Origin: a virus
Lineage: Duplodnaviria; Caudoviricetes
IMG/VR virus record: IMGVR_UViG_3300026863_000004
Location: 1-28,985 of that record
DNA length: 28,985 nt
Strand: one strand, 5' to 3'
Both the position numbers and the translations under genes were made by a program. Under the pieces are notes generated by a model. It had not been told where the DNA came from. It saw nothing but the letters and a program-made list of their open reading frames with translations, and searched no databases. Shown here one piece after another: positions 1 to 10,039 of the stretch (within the stretch, counting starts at the first letter, position 1; the number at the start of each line of letters is the position of its first letter).

Positions 1-51
1 TGGCGGGGAATGATCACGAGCTGACCAAGCTTCGAGCAGTCAGGAACCACC

Positions 52-360
52 ATGACCGAATCCAGCAAACTAGTGCGCACTGCTGCGAAGCCACCCAACG
101 CAGGCAAGGGCCGCAAGAAGGGCGTCCCGAACAAGACGACGCTGATCGCGAAGGAGGCGATCGCCGCCGCTGCTGATAAGCTTGGAGGTGTCGAGCGCCT
201 CGTTTCATGGGCGCAAGAGGACGCTCTGAACGAGCGCGCGTTCTGGTCGACGATCTATCCGAAGCTCCTGCCTTTGCAGGTCAACGCCGAACTGGAGACT
301 GGCCCGCGCTTCGCAAAGGTCATTCGCGAGCTTGTCCGCCCTTCACATACCAACGGCTGA
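52..360 (+). CDS. Putative terminase small subunit
   Basis: 102 aa with basic NAGKGRKKGVPNKTT motif; overlaps the start of the large terminase. Confidence 0.7.
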   Translation: MTESSKLVRTAAKPPNAGKGRKKGVPNKTTLIAKEAIAAAADKLGGVERLVSWAQEDALNERAFWSTIYPKLLPLQVNAELETGPRFAKVIRELVRPSHTNG

Positions 361-1636
361 GGTATTCGCTCCGCTACTGGAGCCAGCCCGCGACAAGGTT
401 GTGCATGGCGGACGCGGGTCGGGGAAGTCTCACTTCTTCGCTGGCCTACTGATCGAGGATGCGCTTGCCGAGCCGGGAGAATGCGGGGAGGGGCTTCGGT
501 CTGTCTGCATCCGTGAGGTCCAGAAGGATCTTGCCCAATCGTCAAAGGCGCTGATCGAGGCAAAGCTGTCGAGCTTCCGGCTTGGCGAGGCCGACGGGTT
601 CAAGGTGTTCAGGGATGTGATCGCCACACCAGGCGATGGCATCATCATCTTCAAGGGCATGCAGGATTACACGGCGGACAGCATCAAGTCCCTGGAGAAC
701 TTCAAGCGCGCATGGTGGGAGGAAGCCCAGGGCGCGACACAGCATTCGATCAACCTGCTTCGCCCGACGATACGCGCAACAGGATCGCAGCGCTGGTGGA
801 GTTACAATCCACGCCGGAAGATCGATCCGGTCGATCTGATGTTCCGAGGCGCTGAGAAGCCGACTGGCTCTGTCGTGATCGAGGCGAACTGGCGCGACAA
901 CCCATGGTTCACTGACGAGCTTGAGCAGGAGCGATTGGACTGCAAGCGGATGCAGCCTGATCAGTACGGTCATATCTGGGACGGAGAATATGTGACCGTA
1001 GTCGAGGGCGCATACTTCGCTCGGCATTTGGCGGACGCCAAGCGGGAAGGACGGATAGGGCGGGTTGCCGCTGATCCGCTGATGACGATCAGGGCCGTGT
1101 GGGACATTGGCGGGACTGGCGCGAAGGCGGACGCCTGTTCGATCTGGGTCGTTCAGTATGTCGGCCGCGAAATCCGGGTGCTGGATTATTACGAGGCGCA
1201 GGGACAGCCGCTCGCAACGCACATCGCGTGGTTGCGAGAGAAGGGATACGGCAAGGCGCTGTGTGTCCTGCCGCACGATGGCGAAACGAACGATCGCGTG
1301 TTCGACGTCAGCTATGAGAGCGCGCTGAAGGCCGCAGAGTTCGAAGTCATCGTTGTGCCGAACCAGGGCAAAGGCGCCGCGAAGATGCGTGTCGAGAGCG
1401 CGCGCCGGCTGTTCCCGTCGATCTGGTTCAACGAGGCGACGACCGAAGGCGGCCGCGAGGCGCTCGGTTGGTATCACGAGAAGAAAGACGACCATCGCAA
1501 CATTGGCCTCGGGCCTGAGCATGACTGGTCGAGCCATGCGGCGGATGCCTTCGGGCTGGTCTGCGTCGCTTACGAGGAACCGCGGATCAAGAAGACCGCA
1601 ACGCGCCAACACCAACCAGGGGGGTGGATGAGTTGA
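332..1636 (+). CDS. terL: Terminase large subunit (PBSX/Terminase_3-like)
   Basis: Walker A GGRGSGKSH, CIREVQ, Walker B WWEEAQ, YNP coupling motif, nuclease WDIG and SHAADAF; TTG start. Confidence 0.95.
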   Translation: MSALHIPTAEVFAPLLEPARDKVVHGGRGSGKSHFFAGLLIEDALAEPGECGEGLRSVCIREVQKDLAQSSKALIEAKLSSFRLGEADGFKVFRDVIATPGDGIIIFKGMQDYTADSIKSLENFKRAWWEEAQGATQHSINLLRPTIRATGSQRWWSYNPRRKIDPVDLMFRGAEKPTGSVVIEANWRDNPWFTDELEQERLDCKRMQPDQYGHIWDGEYVTVVEGAYFARHLADAKREGRIGRVAADPLMTIRAVWDIGGTGAKADACSIWVVQYVGREIRVLDYYEAQGQPLATHIAWLREKGYGKALCVLPHDGETNDRVFDVSYESALKAAEFEVIVVPNQGKGAAKMRVESARRLFPSIWFNEATTEGGREALGWYHEKKDDHRNIGLGPEHDWSSHAADAFGLVCVAYEEPRIKKTATRQHQPGGWMS

Positions 1637-3633
1637 CCGACGACGACAAGCCCACCACCGAAGACGAATTCCTCGCTGAAGCGCGTGAGAAGTTCGAGCT
1701 TGCCGCCGAGCGCGAGAACGAGAACCGCGTCAACGGCCTGGACGACCTGAAGTTCGCGCGCCTTGGCGAGCAATGGCCCGAGGCGATCCGCAAGAAGCGC
1801 GAGTTGGAAGGGCGGCCCTGCCTCACGATCAACAAGCTGCCGACCTTCATCCGGCAGGTTGTCAACGATGCGCGCCAGAACAAGCCGGCGATCACGGTTC
1901 ACCCGGCCGATAGCAATGCCGATGTCGAGACGGCGGAGATCCTGTCCGGCCTGATCCGCAATATCGAAGTGATCAGCGACGCGGACGTTGCCTATGACAC
2001 GGCGCTTGAGGGGGCAGTGTCCAACGGCTTCGGCTATTTCCGCATCAACACGGCCTATACCAGCGACGACACGTTCGATCAGGACATCGTCATCGAGCGC
2101 ATTGCCAACCCATTCACGGTCTATGGCGATCCGTACAGCGAGGCGGCGGACAGTTCGGACTGGAACTGCGCCTTCGTCGCAAGCCAGATTTCGAAGGATG
2201 ACTTCGAGAGGAAGTACAAGGACGCTGAGACCGTCGATTGGGATGCGACGGGCTATGTCGGGCTCGCGGCACCGTGGATGGATGGCGATCAGGTCCTGAT
2301 CTGCGAATACTGGCATCGCGAAGAGGTCGAGCGCCAGGTCATCGCCCTGAGCAACGATACAACCGTCGATGTGAAGGAGTACGAAGCCCAGATCGAGGAG
2401 ATGATCCGGCTGGGCATCACGCCGGTCGGAGAGCCTCAGGACGTCAAGGGCCACAAGGTCACGCAATACATCATGACCGGCGCGGAAGTGCTGGAGACGA
2501 TCGAGTGGCAGGGCAAATACATCCCGATAGTCCCGGTCTACGGCGACGAGATCAACGTGGAGGGCAAACGCTATTTCCGCTCGCTGATCGCCGACGCGAA
2601 GGACCCGCAGCGCGAGTTCAACTATGCGCGCTCCTCGCTGACCGAGATGATCGGGCTGGCGCCGAAGATCCCGTATATCGGGCGCAAGGGTGCGTTCGAC
2701 ATCGATCCGAACTGGAACAACGTCAACGACCAGAGCATCCCGTACCTGGAGTTCGACGGGCCGGACGCGCCGCAGCGTCAGCCGCTGTCGGGGCCGCCCA
2801 TTGCAGCGATGCAGCAGGCGCTGACTGCCTCCGACGACATGAAGGCGGTTGTCGGGCTGTACGATGCCTCTCTGGGCGCCAGGAGCAACGAAACATCGGG
2901 CAAGGCGATTGCGGCGCGCCAGCGCGAAGGTGACGTTTCGACATTCCACTTCATCGACAACCTCAGCCGGGCGATCCGGCATTGTGGCCGCATCCTGATC
3001 GACCTGATCCCCAAGGTCTATTCGACCAAGCGCGTCGTCCGCGTGCTGGGACAGGACATGAAGCCGCAGACCGTCACCGTGTCACCGGACGCGCAGGCGG
3101 AGATGCAGAAAGCGATGGAGGAAGGGCAGGAGATTGCCCGCATCTACGACATCACCGCGGGCAAATACGACCTGACCGTGAAGGCCGGCCCGTCCTTTTC
3201 GACGCAGCGCGAGGAAACGCGCGCCGAACTGGTCGAGATCATCCGCAACGTGCCCGAAAGCGCGACGATCCTTGGCCCGATGTACCTGCGCAACTCGGAT
3301 TGGCCGGGCGCTGACAAGGCTGCCGATCTGCTTGAGGGCAAGAAGGACGGCAGCGAGATCCCGCCCGAGGTCCAGCAGCAACTTCAGCAGATGCAACAGG
3401 TCATCCAGCAGGGCGGCCAGCAGATGCAGCAGCTTCAGACCGAGAACGAACAGTTGAAGGCTGAGAGCGCGCTGAAAGCCCAGGAGCTGGAAATCAAGCG
3501 CGCCGAACTGGCGTACAAACAAGAGGAACTGCGTCTCAAGACGTTCGAGGCGCAGACCGACCGCATCCGCGCGCAGCGTGAAGCTGTGATGCCGATAGAG
3601 CCACCAACCCCGAATCTTCGTGGAGTGGCATAA
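1633..3633 (+). CDS. Portal protein (P22 gp1-like)
   Basis: ~666 aa after terL; GEQWP, GRPCLTINKL, SNETSGKAIAARQ, GKYDLTV motifs; Q-rich C-terminal coiled coil (barrel). TTG at 1633 (TTGA overlap, SD AGGGGG) preferred over GTG at 1624. Confidence 0.92.
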   Translation: MTDDDKPTTEDEFLAEAREKFELAAERENENRVNGLDDLKFARLGEQWPEAIRKKRELEGRPCLTINKLPTFIRQVVNDARQNKPAITVHPADSNADVETAEILSGLIRNIEVISDADVAYDTALEGAVSNGFGYFRINTAYTSDDTFDQDIVIERIANPFTVYGDPYSEAADSSDWNCAFVASQISKDDFERKYKDAETVDWDATGYVGLAAPWMDGDQVLICEYWHREEVERQVIALSNDTTVDVKEYEAQIEEMIRLGITPVGEPQDVKGHKVTQYIMTGAEVLETIEWQGKYIPIVPVYGDEINVEGKRYFRSLIADAKDPQREFNYARSSLTEMIGLAPKIPYIGRKGAFDIDPNWNNVNDQSIPYLEFDGPDAPQRQPLSGPPIAAMQQALTASDDMKAVVGLYDASLGARSNETSGKAIAARQREGDVSTFHFIDNLSRAIRHCGRILIDLIPKVYSTKRVVRVLGQDMKPQTVTVSPDAQAEMQKAMEEGQEIARIYDITAGKYDLTVKAGPSFSTQREETRAELVEIIRNVPESATILGPMYLRNSDWPGADKAADLLEGKKDGSEIPPEVQQQLQQMQQVIQQGGQQMQQLQTENEQLKAESALKAQELEIKRAELAYKQEELRLKTFEAQTDRIRAQREAVMPIEPPTPNLRGVA

Positions 3634-3648
3634 CCCCAAGAGGACATC

Positions 3649-4503
3649 ATGGAAGACGAAACGACCAATCTGGAGGCGGAAGCCCCGGAAGTCGAAGAAA
3701 CGCAGACTGACGGCGCCGAAACCGATCAAATCGAGTTGGACGAACACGGCAATCCGGTCGATCCGGAACCGAAGGAAGCCGACGACGAAATCGAGATCGA
3801 GCGCGAAGGCAAGAAGTTCAAGCTCCCGAAGGCGCTTGAATCCGAACTGCTCATGCAGGCCGATTACACCCGCAAGACGCAGGAACTGGCGGCTGAACGC
3901 AATGCTCTCGCAGTAGAGCGCCAGCAGTTCCAGGCCCTGTCTCAGGCGGAGGTGGCGGCCCAGGCGCAGATCATTGCCATCGATCAGACGCTTGCCGAAT
4001 ATCAGCGGGTCGATTGGGACGCATGGGAGGACCAGGATCCTCAGGCGGCCCAAAAAGCCTGGCGGCAATTCCAGACCTTGCAGGGCAATCGACAGGCCGC
4101 GGTCAACCAGTACGGACAAGCGCAGCAGCAGCGCACACTGCACGAGCAGCAGGAAACTGCCAAGCGGATGCAGCAGGGCCAGCAGCACCTTGCACGTGAA
4201 ATCCCCGGCTGGAACGAGGACAAGGCCAAGACCCTCCTCGATTACGGCCAGAAAACGCTCGGCTTCAGCCGCGCCGAACTGGATGCCATCGACGACCCGC
4301 GAATGATCGTGGCGCTGAACAAGGCATTCGAGCGCGACCAGGCCGCTTCCAAGCAGAAAACTGTTCAGAAGGTGCAGCAGCAGCAGGCGGTGCAGCCGGC
4401 GGCCAAGGTGTCCGGGGGTAAGGCCCCAGCGCGAGGGCTGGATGACCGGATGTCCGCCGACGAATGGCTGAAGCGCCGGAACGCGCAGCTTTCATCCCGA
4501 TAA
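3649..4503 (+). CDS. Capsid scaffolding protein
   Basis: Acidic N-terminus, ADYTRKTQELA motif, helical; lies between portal and coat. Confidence 0.85.
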   Translation: MEDETTNLEAEAPEVEETQTDGAETDQIELDEHGNPVDPEPKEADDEIEIEREGKKFKLPKALESELLMQADYTRKTQELAAERNALAVERQQFQALSQAEVAAQAQIIAIDQTLAEYQRVDWDAWEDQDPQAAQKAWRQFQTLQGNRQAAVNQYGQAQQQRTLHEQQETAKRMQQGQQHLAREIPGWNEDKAKTLLDYGQKTLGFSRAELDAIDDPRMIVALNKAFERDQAASKQKTVQKVQQQQAVQPAAKVSGGKAPARGLDDRMSADEWLKRRNAQLSSR

Positions 4504-4513
4504 TCGAGGTTTC

Positions 4514-4527
4514 GCGTCGTGAGACGC
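4514..4527 (+). promoter_or_regulatory. GNRA-loop hairpin GCGTC-GTGA-GACGC upstream of coat gene
   Basis: Perfect 5-bp stem with GTGA tetraloop in the scaffold-coat spacer; function inferred only. Confidence 0.35.
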
Positions 4528-4555
4528 CGCCCCTCCCAGAGATGGACATTTTATC

Positions 4556-5743
4556 ATGACGACCACGCTTCTCACTCCGACCGCAGTGACCCGCGAGTCC
4601 CTGCGCATCCTCCACCAGAAGCTGAACTTCATCGGCACGATCGATCGCCAGTATGACGACAGCTTCGCCAAGAAGGGCGCGAAGATCGGCAGCGATCTGA
4701 AGATCCGCGAGCCGAACCAGTACACGGTTCGCACCGGCAAGACGATCGACGTGCAGGACACCGCCGAGACGAGCCAGACGCTCACCATGGCCACCCAGAA
4801 GGGTGTCGACATGACGTTCAGCTCGGTCGACCTGACCCTGTCGCTCGACGACTTCTCGAAGCGCATCCTGGAGCCGGCCATGTCGGTGCTGGCGGCTCAG
4901 ATCGAATATGACGCCATGTCGATGTACAAGGACGTCTACAACGCGATCTGGACCCCCGGCAGCGGCCTGACCTACAATGCCGTTCTCGACGGTCGCGCGC
5001 TCCTGCAACGCGGCCTGACGCCGACCAACGACCGCACGGCCAACCTCAACTCGCAGGACATGGTCGACGTGGTCAAGGACACGAAGACCCTGTTCAACGA
5101 CCAGGGTCAGCTTTCCAAGCAGTATCGCGAGGGCTTCATGGGCCGGGCCGCCGGGTTCGAGTTCATGGAAAACACGCTGTGGCCTGGCCACACCTGCGGC
5201 TCGGAGAATGGCTCCTATGTCGTGAACACCTCGTCGGGCATCACGTCCGGCACGGCCACGATCACCACCACCGGTGGTTCCGGCACGGTGGTCAAAGGCG
5301 ACGTGTTCACGATCGTCGGCGTCAACAGCGTCCATCCCGAAACCAAGGTCGATACCGGCGTTCTCCAGCAGTTCGTCGTTACCGCCGATCAGTCGGGCGC
5401 GGGCGCCTGGTCTGTTTCGCCAACCCCGATCACCTCGGGCGCAAAGCAGAACATCGTCATCAACTCGGCAGGCTCCGGCAAGACGGTCGTCGTCGCCGGC
5501 ACCGCATCGGGCGCCGATACCACGTCGCTACTCTACCAGAAGGAAGCCTTCACCTTCGTGACGGCCGATCTGGAGATGCCGAACGGCATGGACTTCGCTC
5601 GGCGCGAGGTGATGGACGGGATCTCGATGCGCATCGTCCGCGGCTATGACATCAACAACGACATGTTCCCGTGCCGTACCGATGTCCTCTACGGCTACAA
5701 GACGCTGCGTCCGCAGTTCGCTTCCCGCCTCCACTTCAACTGA
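4556..5743 (+). CDS. Major capsid protein (P22 coat family)
   Basis: 395 aa; GAKIGSDLKIREP, LSLDDFSKRILEPAM, KGDVFTI insertion domain, RTDVLYGYKTLRP C-terminus. Confidence 0.93.
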   Translation: MTTTLLTPTAVTRESLRILHQKLNFIGTIDRQYDDSFAKKGAKIGSDLKIREPNQYTVRTGKTIDVQDTAETSQTLTMATQKGVDMTFSSVDLTLSLDDFSKRILEPAMSVLAAQIEYDAMSMYKDVYNAIWTPGSGLTYNAVLDGRALLQRGLTPTNDRTANLNSQDMVDVVKDTKTLFNDQGQLSKQYREGFMGRAAGFEFMENTLWPGHTCGSENGSYVVNTSSGITSGTATITTTGGSGTVVKGDVFTIVGVNSVHPETKVDTGVLQQFVVTADQSGAGAWSVSPTPITSGAKQNIVINSAGSGKTVVVAGTASGADTTSLLYQKEAFTFVTADLEMPNGMDFARREVMDGISMRIVRGYDINNDMFPCRTDVLYGYKTLRPQFASRLHFN

Positions 5744-5747
5744 TCCT

Positions 5748-5772
5748 GAGGGGGCTTCGGCTCCCTCTTTTC
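5748..5772 (+). terminator. Rho-independent terminator after coat gene
   Basis: GAGGGGGC-TTCG-GCTCCCTC stem-loop followed by a T-rich tract. Confidence 0.8.
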
Positions 5773-5794
5773 TCTATCGTGAAAGGATGCAGCC

Positions 5795-6034
5795 ATGGCT
5801 GTTGAATATGTTGGCTCGGGTAACGACGACGGCACCGATCTGGGTCGCTCGACGACCGACAAGATCGGTTTCTACGGTCTTGCCACTCCCATCGTCCAGC
5901 GCTCCGGCGCGGCGCAGGCGACCTCGCTTGTCGGCACCGCGTCCTCGACGGACGTTTCCACCGACCTCAAGGGTGCCGTGATCGAGATCATGAACACCCT
6001 GACCGCGCTTGGCCTCTGGAAGGGCTCGGCCTGA
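5795..6034 (+). CDS. Small virion protein, putative capsid decoration/head fibre
   Basis: 79 aa directly after coat, SD AAAGGA; KIGFYG motif, Ser/Thr-rich middle, C-terminal helix IMNTLTALGL. Confidence 0.55.
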   Translation: MAVEYVGSGNDDGTDLGRSTTDKIGFYGLATPIVQRSGAAQATSLVGTASSTDVSTDLKGAVIEIMNTLTALGLWKGSA

Positions 6035-6037
6035 ACC

Positions 6038-6724
6038 GTGGCGAAGGTCGTCTTCTGCGTACCTTCGCTTAACGGCCCGACCGCTCCGTTCATCGGCGCC
6101 CTGGAGAAATCCATAGGCCGGGTGATCGGAGCGGGATGGGACGAAGGGGCGGTAGAGGAAAGGGGTTGCCCCTATATCTCCGCCGCTCGTTCGAGAATGC
6201 TCCGCAAGGCGCTGGACGCCAAGGCGGATGTCATCGTCTTCATCGATTACGACCTTTCCTGGGGCGAGCAGGACCTGCTTCGCCTGATCGAAACCCCTGG
6301 GGACGTCGTTGCCGGCCTCTATCGCTTCAAGAAGGACGAAGAGGAGTACATGGGCGCGCTGATCCCCGGAGAGGGGGGCGCTCCGACTGTCCGCGATGAT
6401 GGTTGCATATTGGCCGAGCGCATCCCCGCCGGCTTCATGAAGATCACCGCGGATGCCGTGGATAGGTTCATGACGGCCTATCCCGACCTTTGCTACGGCC
6501 CGAAATTCAATCTGCATGTCGATCTGTTCAACCACGGCGCCCAGGACGGGCTGTGGTGGGGCGAGGACTATGCATTTTCCCGCAACTGGCGCGCGATCGG
6601 CGGAGAGCTTTGGGTTCTGCCCGACCTTGATCTGACGCACCACGGCGACAAGCCCTATCCGGGCAATTTCCATCAATATCTTCTCCGCCAGCCAGGCGGG
6701 AGCGAGTTTCAGGAGGTGGCTTGA
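6038..6724 (+). CDS. GT-A fold (GT2-like) glycosyltransferase
   Basis: N-terminal strand VVFCVP, ISAARSRM helix, DxD motif FIDYD, VVAGLY, AGFMKI, GEDYAF, late His (LTHHG). Confidence 0.8.
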   Translation: MAKVVFCVPSLNGPTAPFIGALEKSIGRVIGAGWDEGAVEERGCPYISAARSRMLRKALDAKADVIVFIDYDLSWGEQDLLRLIETPGDVVAGLYRFKKDEEEYMGALIPGEGGAPTVRDDGCILAERIPAGFMKITADAVDRFMTAYPDLCYGPKFNLHVDLFNHGAQDGLWWGEDYAFSRNWRAIGGELWVLPDLDLTHHGDKPYPGNFHQYLLRQPGGSEFQEVA

Positions 6725-7389
6725 TGGCAACGCTTGGCGACCTGAAAACCCGCGTCATCACCGAACTTGAGCGCGAGGACCTGGAAGACACGCTGGCGGA
6801 CACGCTGACCCAGCATATCACCAGCGCGATCGAGTTCTTCGCCGACGAGAAATTCTGGTTCAACGACGTGGTCGTGACCGTGCCGACCGTCGCGAACCAG
6901 TCGACGGTGGAAGTGTCCGGCGTCCGTATCGTAGACGAAAGCGGCGTGTTCCTCGTCGATAGCCTGACGTCGCTCCCGAAATTCTCCCTGGAAGATATCG
7001 AGGCAACCGACGACAATGTGACCGGCTGGCCGCAGGGCTACGCCTATTACAATGACGAGCTGCGGCTTTGGCCTATCCCCGATGCGGTCTACTCGCTGCG
7101 GATTACCGGCATGGCGGAGAATGCGGCGCCGCCGTCCGACAGTGACAGCAATGTGTGGACCAATCAGGCCTATGACCTGATCACGGCGCGCACGAAGATG
7201 ACGCTGGCACGCGATCAGTTCCGCGATCCTGACGGCGTCCAGTTGTTCGGCGCGGCGACGGCGGAAGCATTCCAGCGGCTGATGCGCGAGACGGCAAAAC
7301 GGACGAAGCGGTCCCTGCGCTGCCAGCCTGACACCCCAGGACTGAGGAACCGATACGGCCGATTCCGGGACGGGTTCAGCGCGTGGTAG
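6724..7389 (+). CDS. Putative head-to-tail adaptor
   Basis: ATG overlaps GT stop, SD AGGAGG; MATLGDLKTRV start, GWPQGYAY and LRLWPIPDAVY motifs typical of podophage adaptors. Confidence 0.7.
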   Translation: MATLGDLKTRVITELEREDLEDTLADTLTQHITSAIEFFADEKFWFNDVVVTVPTVANQSTVEVSGVRIVDESGVFLVDSLTSLPKFSLEDIEATDDNVTGWPQGYAYYNDELRLWPIPDAVYSLRITGMAENAAPPSDSDSNVWTNQAYDLITARTKMTLARDQFRDPDGVQLFGAATAEAFQRLMRETAKRTKRSLRCQPDTPGLRNRYGRFRDGFSAW

Positions 7390-8282
7390 CAGTCCGGCTC
7401 GTCGCGCCGGCCACTGGCCCGGAGTGGCTTCCTGACTACACACAGAGCATCGAACGGGTACTCAACCGCCTGTCATCCTCTGGCGGCGCGACCTGGGGCG
7501 GCATCACCGGCACGCTGAGCGACCAGACGGACCTGCAAACGGCGCTGGATGAGAAACAGGCGACGCTGACGGGAACGGGCGACGTTCCGGGGCTGACTGC
7601 CGCTCTCGCTGGCAAGGTGCCAACGACGCGCACGATCAGCACGACGGCGCCATTGACGGGGGGAGGTGATCTTTCAGCCGACCGGACGCTGGCGATCGAC
7701 CCGGCGACGACGAGCGCCGCTGGCTCCATGTCTGCGGCGGACAAGGCCAAGCTCGACGGGCTTTCCGCCGGCCTGGTACTGATCGGCAGCAACACCTTCG
7801 CGGGCTCGACGTCGACTTTCACCTTCTCGTCGATCGCCGGCACTTACAGCGCCCTGATGCTCATCGCCGTTCTTCGGTCCACGATTTCGGCCACGGGCGG
7901 CAACGTCGGCATTCGCTTCAACGGCGACACCGGCAACAATTACATTCGACAGGTCCAGAACCTCGTCAACACCACGACCTCAGGCGCGGCGGCGGTCAGC
8001 CAATCTTCGATGGCGTCGTTTGCCATCCCCGGAAACACGGCTCCATCCGGCGCCTTCGGTCGGGCCGAATTCAAAGCGCCCGGATACGCGCTCACGGTCA
8101 ACCAGAAGCGGATCGGCGGCCTGTCCTCGTACCGGGTGGGCAATGCGGTGGGCAATCTCGGGTCCGAACATTCGGAGAATGAGTGGCTGAACACCGCGGC
8201 CATCACCTCGCTGACCATCTTCGAAACCGGCGGCAACAATTTCGCCGACGGCTCCACGGTCTGGCTTTACGGCCTGCCATGA
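7383..8282 (+). CDS. Tail needle/fibre-like protein
   Basis: WGGITGTLSDQTDL, LTGGGDLSADRTL and AGSMSAADKAKLDG fibre motifs; beta-rich C-terminal domain ending GSTVWLYGL. Confidence 0.7.
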   Translation: MVAVRLVAPATGPEWLPDYTQSIERVLNRLSSSGGATWGGITGTLSDQTDLQTALDEKQATLTGTGDVPGLTAALAGKVPTTRTISTTAPLTGGGDLSADRTLAIDPATTSAAGSMSAADKAKLDGLSAGLVLIGSNTFAGSTSTFTFSSIAGTYSALMLIAVLRSTISATGGNVGIRFNGDTGNNYIRQVQNLVNTTTSGAAAVSQSSMASFAIPGNTAPSGAFGRAEFKAPGYALTVNQKRIGGLSSYRVGNAVGNLGSEHSENEWLNTAAITSLTIFETGGNNFADGSTVWLYGLP

Positions 8283-8305
8283 AGCGCACAGCCTAGGAAT
8301 CGCCA

Positions 8306-10033
8306 ATGGCATCAACCGCGACCATCCGCCTCCGCTTCGAATTGCAGGGGACGGGCGAAAACCTGAACACGTGGGGCCAAAAGCTCAACACGTCCGCCCT
8401 CGCGCTGATCGATACGGCGATCGCGGGCGTCACCGCCTTCACGCTCTCCGGCTCCAAGACCCTGACCAGTTCGAATTATGTTGCCGACGAAGCGCGCTCG
8501 GCTGTCCTGAACATCACGAGCGGGACCGGCGGAACGGTCAATATCCCGGCGGTCGAAAAATGCTATCTGGTCCGCAACAACACGTCCGGCCCGGTCGTCA
8601 TCGACACTGGTTCGAGCACCGTCACGCTCGTTGCGGGCGAGATCAACGCCGTCTTCACCAATGGCTCGTCCATCTATGCGGCGAACAGCAAATCCTATGT
8701 CGATGCAGCGATCCTGAATGCCTCGCTGTCGGCGGACATCCCGTCGCAAGCGGGCAATGCGGGCAAGTTCCTGGGAACGGATGGGACAATCGCGTCGTGG
8801 ACCGCGATCACGTCCGCGATCGTCACCACAGCGCTGGGGTATACACCGACCTCCATCACCGGGTTGGAAGGCGCTAAATCCGTCAGTGAAATCCGCACCG
8901 GCCTGTCGATCGACAACGTCGAAAACAAGTCGTCAGCGACGATCCGGAGTGAGATCACCTCTGGCAACGTCACGGCGGCGCTGGGGTATGCGCCGCTCGA
9001 TCCAGCCAGCGGGACCATGACAGGCAAGCTTACGACGGCGGCAAGTGCCGTTGGCGGGGCTGGGCTTAATCTTCCGCATGGCGCGGCCCCCACTGCGCCG
9101 GTTGACGGTGACCTCTGGACGACGTCCGCCGGGATCTACGTCCGCGTGAACGGTGTGACGGTCGGCCCCTTCGGCGGGTCGGCGGTCACGGTCAACGACT
9201 ACACCTCGTCGGCGACGTGGAACAAGCCGGCTGCGGCAAGCATCGTCCTTGTCGAGGTTTGGGGCGCTGGTGGCGGCGGCGGGTCGGGGCGTCGTGGCGC
9301 AGCCGGCAGCATTCGCAACGGCGGCGGTGGTGGCGGCGGCGGTGGCTATTCTTTCGGCTGGTACACGGCGGCTGAACTGAGCAGCTCCGAGGGCGTTACG
9401 GTCGGCAGCGGCGGCGCGGGCGGCGCGCAGATGAGCACCAACGACACGGACGGCAATGTGGGCAGCCACGGCGGTTCGTCGTCGTTCAAATATACAATTG
9501 CGGAAGGTGGTCGGCGCGGGGCTGGTGGTGCGGCCACCGACACCGTGGGCGGTGATGGCGGCGCCACCGGGCAGCTTACACCAAACGCCGGAGGTGCGTC
9601 AGCAAATCCCGCGACCTTCCAAGGCGCAACATCAGCAACCTCATCGTCTCTCGATTCCTTCTTCGGCGGCGCGGCCGGCGGCCTGGCGACGTCTCCGGCG
9701 GGTCTTATCAATGGCGGGAAAAGCGTTTGGGCTGGCGGCGGCGGTGGTGCTGGCGGCTCTCTGTCGGCCGCGAATGCCGGCAGCACCGGCGGCAATGGTG
9801 GCGGCGTCAACGGCGGCAATGGCGGCAATAACGGCAGTGGTTCGCCAGCCAGCGGCATTCGTGGCGGCGGTGGCGGTGGTGGTGCGCGCACCGGCGGCAC
9901 TGGAACGGGCTTTAGCGGCAACAGCGGCGGCGTGGCTGGTGGTGGTGGCGGAGGCAGCGCCTCTGTCAACGGCAGCAACTCCGGCGGTGGTGGTAGCGGC
10001 GGCTCCGGCCGCGTCCGCATTTCGACGTGGTGA
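8306..10033 (+). CDS. Tail fibre with glycine-rich (polyglycine) distal domain
   Basis: N-terminal anchor GTGENLNTWG; two ITSxxVTxALGYxP repeats; VEVWGAGGGGG...GGSGRVRISTW Gly-rich domain. Confidence 0.82.
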   Translation: MASTATIRLRFELQGTGENLNTWGQKLNTSALALIDTAIAGVTAFTLSGSKTLTSSNYVADEARSAVLNITSGTGGTVNIPAVEKCYLVRNNTSGPVVIDTGSSTVTLVAGEINAVFTNGSSIYAANSKSYVDAAILNASLSADIPSQAGNAGKFLGTDGTIASWTAITSAIVTTALGYTPTSITGLEGAKSVSEIRTGLSIDNVENKSSATIRSEITSGNVTAALGYAPLDPASGTMTGKLTTAASAVGGAGLNLPHGAAPTAPVDGDLWTTSAGIYVRVNGVTVGPFGGSAVTVNDYTSSATWNKPAAASIVLVEVWGAGGGGGSGRRGAAGSIRNGGGGGGGGGYSFGWYTAAELSSSEGVTVGSGGAGGAQMSTNDTDGNVGSHGGSSSFKYTIAEGGRRGAGGAATDTVGGDGGATGQLTPNAGGASANPATFQGATSATSSSLDSFFGGAAGGLATSPAGLINGGKSVWAGGGGGAGGSLSAANAGSTGGNGGGVNGGNGGNNGSGSPASGIRGGGGGGGARTGGTGTGFSGNSGGVAGGGGGGSASVNGSNSGGGGSGGSGRVRISTW

Positions 10034-10039
10034 GGTGAT

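Noticed and set aside
7383-10033. Fibre genes as diversity-generating retroelement targets
   Set aside because: No reverse transcriptase and no TR/VR pair seen in the window.
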